Positions 61,481 to 64,000 of a DNA stretch of 64,000 nucleotides are shown here, in pieces. The notes beneath the pieces are model-generated. The model had not been told where the DNA came from and did no database searches. It saw nothing but the letters and a program-made list of their open reading frames with translations. Position numbers and translations under genes: made by a program. The stretch is taken from positions 11,975-75,974 of the forward strand of contig JACKFN010000001.1 in assembly GCA_020632445.1 (NCBI GenBank). Direction: 5' to 3'. Every line of letters begins with the position of its first letter. Position 1 is the stretch's first letter. Origin of the DNA: Candidatus Nomurabacteria bacterium. Lineage in GTDB: Bacteria > Patescibacteriota > Patescibacteriia > Magasanikbacterales > UBA922.

Positions 61481-61484
61481 ATCT

Positions 61485-61820
61485 ATGACTGACCCAATCC
61501 ATCATATCCACAAGCGCAAGCGCATTCACCAAAAACATGAAACCTATCCGCATCCAAACAAAGTAAAACGACTATTAGATTTCAGTATCTATGCGGTAGG
61601 CATTCTTTTGCCGTTTATGGTTTCACTTCAAGCATTCAAAATATGGAATGAAAAAAACGCAGAGAGCATTGCACTTCCGACATTTGTGGCACTCACCCTT
61701 GGAAACATTCTGTGGGTGGTATATGGCCTGGTTCATAAGGAAAAACCTATTGTTGTTACCCATACTCTATTTACTCTCGTGAATGTTGCCATTGTGCTTG
61801 GTACTATTTTGTATGGATAG
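61485..61820 (+). CDS. SemiSWEET / PQ-loop-family small transporter (3 transmembrane segments).
   Basis: 111 aa. The LPFMVSLQAFKIWNEKNAESIALPTFVALTLGNILWVVYGL pattern is that of a PQ-loop repeat. Confidence 0.6.
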   Translation: MTDPIHHIHKRKRIHQKHETYPHPNKVKRLLDFSIYAVGILLPFMVSLQAFKIWNEKNAESIALPTFVALTLGNILWVVYGLVHKEKPIVVTHTLFTLVNVAIVLGTILYG

Positions 61821-61837
61821 ATCTCTTTTCGAAACTC

Positions 61838-61862
61838 TCTGCCCGCAAAAAAACAGCCAGAG
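61838..61862. terminator. Bidirectional terminator.
   Basis: AAAAAAA-CAGCC-aga-GGCTG-TTTTTT. Confidence 0.8.
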
Positions 61863-61870
61863 GCTGTTTT

Positions 61871-64000
61871 TTAGTTCAGTGATTCCAGTCGTAGCTTTAC
61901 GTCCTCATTTCCCGGATTCAGTTCCATGACTTTTTCCAAATGGTACTTTGCCTTTTCGATATTTCCTTCACGTTCAAACAAAAGTCCTAGGCTATAGTGA
62001 GCATTGGAAAAACGTGGCTCTAATTCCACAACTCTCTGAAAAAGTCTCTTGGCATTTGCCAAGTCGCCTTCCTGACCACGATTGTAAAACAATCGTCCGA
62101 GGTTAAATAAAGCATCGGGATTATCCTGCAAAAGCTCCATGATTGGCTTGTGGACCAAAATGGCATCATTTATTCTTTCTTCTTCCTCAAATAAGTTGGA
62201 TAATCCAATATACGCCTGCACAAAATTCGGCTTCAATGCAATGGCCTTTTTAAGTGACTCCTGTGCCTTGGATACCTCACCACCATAAACCAACGTGTCG
62301 GCCAAACGCCAATGCAAAACAGCGTTGCTTGGCTCGAGCTCAACTGCCTTCTCTAAACTATTTTTTGCCCAATCATTTGCTTGTGACGCAAGTGGTCTGG
62401 CATTAAGATACATCATAGCAAGCGTCTCCCAAGTATCAATGCTTTGGGGATTTGCCTCACTTGCCTGCCTGGCATAACTAATGGCACGCTCAATATGCTT
62501 TCCCACCGTCGCTGTGTCAGGCTGTTCCTTTGCCGTTTCAACACGGGCTTTTTGCAAATAGAGTTTTGCGTATGCTATATAATACTGAGAATTTGACTTT
62601 TGCATCTCCGTAGCTTTCTTGAGGTATGCCTCTACCTTTGGTGTAGACGACTCCAAAGCCGCTCGCGTGTAATAGTACTCTCCAACAAAGCGCGAATAGG
62701 AAATGCTGCCATAAAATACGATAAGCGCAAGCACAAGCACTAAACCAAAAGAAAGCAGCAAGGAATACTGCGGCGCCACCTTGAGAACGATAATCTTTTC
62801 TTTCACGTACTCTGGCACAAGCTTATGGAGTCCGGAGAGGGTAAGCGCAAGCATAAGCCACCAGGTAAACCAGAGAACAAAACCAAAATATACATAAAAC
62901 ATGGCGATCGTCAGCACCAAAAAGGCTGTACCTACGGTGAACACATCAAACTGTATACTGCTTCCTCTGCCAAAAAATTGCTTTACCTCGCTGATTGCCG
63001 ATGGACGAATTCGCAGCCACCCACCAAACACACTTCCCGCGGCAATAAGCAGCAGTACCAAAAATGAAATGGCACCAACACTTCCAAATTCACTGATAAC
63101 GGCAGGAAGCGTACTAAACGGTGTGCTAAATCTCTCAAAAGCTGCTATTGAACTAAGGTTAAAGGCAGGATCACGAAAGAGTGAAAAAGTATAAGAAAAA
63201 GTGCCCGTACCAGATCCAATCAGAAAGTACTTTACATTATCCAAAAGAGTATCCTTGGCTATCTGATAGGATGGACCGGCCGCAAGTGAAATATCAAGCT
63301 GCGCAACATTGCGTATTCCTTCCGGAACATGAAAAATAAGGAAAAATAGTCCGAGTGCAAAAAGCGCAAACGTCCATATAAGAGCCCATACGCGTACCTC
63401 AGCAAGATGTGTAAACGCAACAATAAGTAAGGCAGCAAGCCCAAGTGACATGCTCACCCAACCAAATGGGACATCTATCATCAACAAGATACTAAAAGCC
63501 AATAGAGACAAAACTGCACACGCGACGGAAATAGCAATGTGCTTGCTTCGCTTCAATGCAAGTCCAGCTGTTAGAATTACCACGATAGCCAAATAGGTAC
63601 TAAATTCAACGAGTGTCTGGGAGACAGGATTGTAGGTGCCTATCGAGGAAAGACCCTCCCAACCCGTCAGTGACAGGTAGTGACCAAGGATAACTGCCGC
63701 GCCAGACAAAACAAATGCATACAAAAGTGTGTACCACTGGCCGTCTTTATGTATCATTTGGACAATAAGCGAATAAAATACTGCAAGTAGCAACAACACA
63801 AAAAAGTGCAACAAAAAAACATCAGGTCTTCCAAAAAAACTCTGTGATGGCATAACCGATCCAATAGAAGACAGAAAAACGGCAATCAAAAAAAAGACGA
63901 TAGGGCCATCAACAACAGACCTTCTAAACGCTGCCTGTTTTATAAGGATAAAGTCAAGGAGATACAAAAAACTTACCACGAGAACAACAGCCGAAAAGAT
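61871..64000 (-). CDS. O-antigen ligase/polymerase-like polytopic membrane protein with a C-terminal TPR-repeat domain. The N-terminus lies beyond the window edge.
   Basis: More than 12 transmembrane segments, then TPR repeats (…AYIGLSNLFEEEERINDA…HYSLGLLFEREGNIEKA…). The reading frame is open through position 64000. Confidence 0.65.
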   Translation of the reverse strand: MFSAVVLVVSFLYLLDFILIKQAAFRRSVVDGPIVFFLIAVFLSSIGSVMPSQSFFGRPDVFLLHFFVLLLLAVFYSLIVQMIHKDGQWYTLLYAFVLSGAAVILGHYLSLTGWEGLSSIGTYNPVSQTLVEFSTYLAIVVILTAGLALKRSKHIAISVACAVLSLLAFSILLMIDVPFGWVSMSLGLAALLIVAFTHLAEVRVWALIWTFALFALGLFFLIFHVPEGIRNVAQLDISLAAGPSYQIAKDTLLDNVKYFLIGSGTGTFSYTFSLFRDPAFNLSSIAAFERFSTPFSTLPAVISEFGSVGAISFLVLLLIAAGSVFGGWLRIRPSAISEVKQFFGRGSSIQFDVFTVGTAFLVLTIAMFYVYFGFVLWFTWWLMLALTLSGLHKLVPEYVKEKIIVLKVAPQYSLLLSFGLVLVLALIVFYGSISYSRFVGEYYYTRAALESSTPKVEAYLKKATEMQKSNSQYYIAYAKLYLQKARVETAKEQPDTATVGKHIERAISYARQASEANPQSIDTWETLAMMYLNARPLASQANDWAKNSLEKAVELEPSNAVLHWRLADTLVYGGEVSKAQESLKKAIALKPNFVQAYIGLSNLFEEEERINDAILVHKPIMELLQDNPDALFNLGRLFYNRGQEGDLANAKRLFQRVVELEPRFSNAHYSLGLLFEREGNIEKAKYHLEKVMELNPGNEDVKLRLESLN

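Noticed and set aside
61329-61484. N-terminal 52 codons of the 163-aa ORF upstream of the SemiSWEET domain
   Set aside because: They overlap the hairpins and the terminator of the leader, are Cys/Arg-rich and low-complexity, and the SemiSWEET homology begins at the internal Met (61485). They are treated as untranslated leader.

Overview
This 64-kb window looks like a chromosomal segment of a small-genome, AT-rich bacterium of the Patescibacteria/CPR type. The genes are tightly packed, short and often overlapping, several enzymes lack accessory domains, and no rRNA, tRNA, CRISPR array or recognisable transposase was found. The window runs, in order, through a partial alpha-2-macroglobulin-like protein, a Memo-like lipoprotein and TatD. 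Next come a complete F1Fo ATP synthase operon (atpZ/I-BEFHAGDC), NUDIX, and a UvrD-type helicase fused to a RecB/Cas4-like nuclease. These are followed by DciA/DUF721, proS, mreBCD with a class-B PBP (mrdA), greA, and a tight lysS / nucleotidyltransferase / Ham1-NUDIX fusion / serS operon. After that come an FtsQ-like protein, a DsbA-like protein, and a roughly 0.5-kb GC-rich island with foreign codon usage. On the minus strand lie pyrG and rplI, then era on the plus strand. The minus-strand block from 31296 to 36944 follows (M23 peptidase, NrnA-like DHH, gltX, CsaA-like protein, SpoU methylase, TagA-like GT), then a CIRCE-preceded clpB. A large minus-strand Fe-S biogenesis locus follows (iscR, nifS/iscS-like, sufB, an inserted unknown gene, sufD, sufS, sufU, sufC, sufT and two ferredoxins), with a divergent FNR-like reductase. 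The window closes with a glycan module (GT2, GT4, flippase), the ribosomal cluster infA-rpmJ-rpsM-rpsK-rpsD-rpoA(NTD only)-rplQ-rplM-rpsI, then gtrA, alaS without C-Ala, mnmA, an HD protein, SPFH, a SemiSWEET-like transporter behind a structured leader, and a partial O-antigen-ligase/TPR protein. The most interesting unexplained elements are the GC-rich island (27.7-28.2 kb), the structured SemiSWEET leader, the inverted-repeat/uORF element between atpG and atpD, the C-terminal extension on LysRS, and the unknown gene inside the suf operon.
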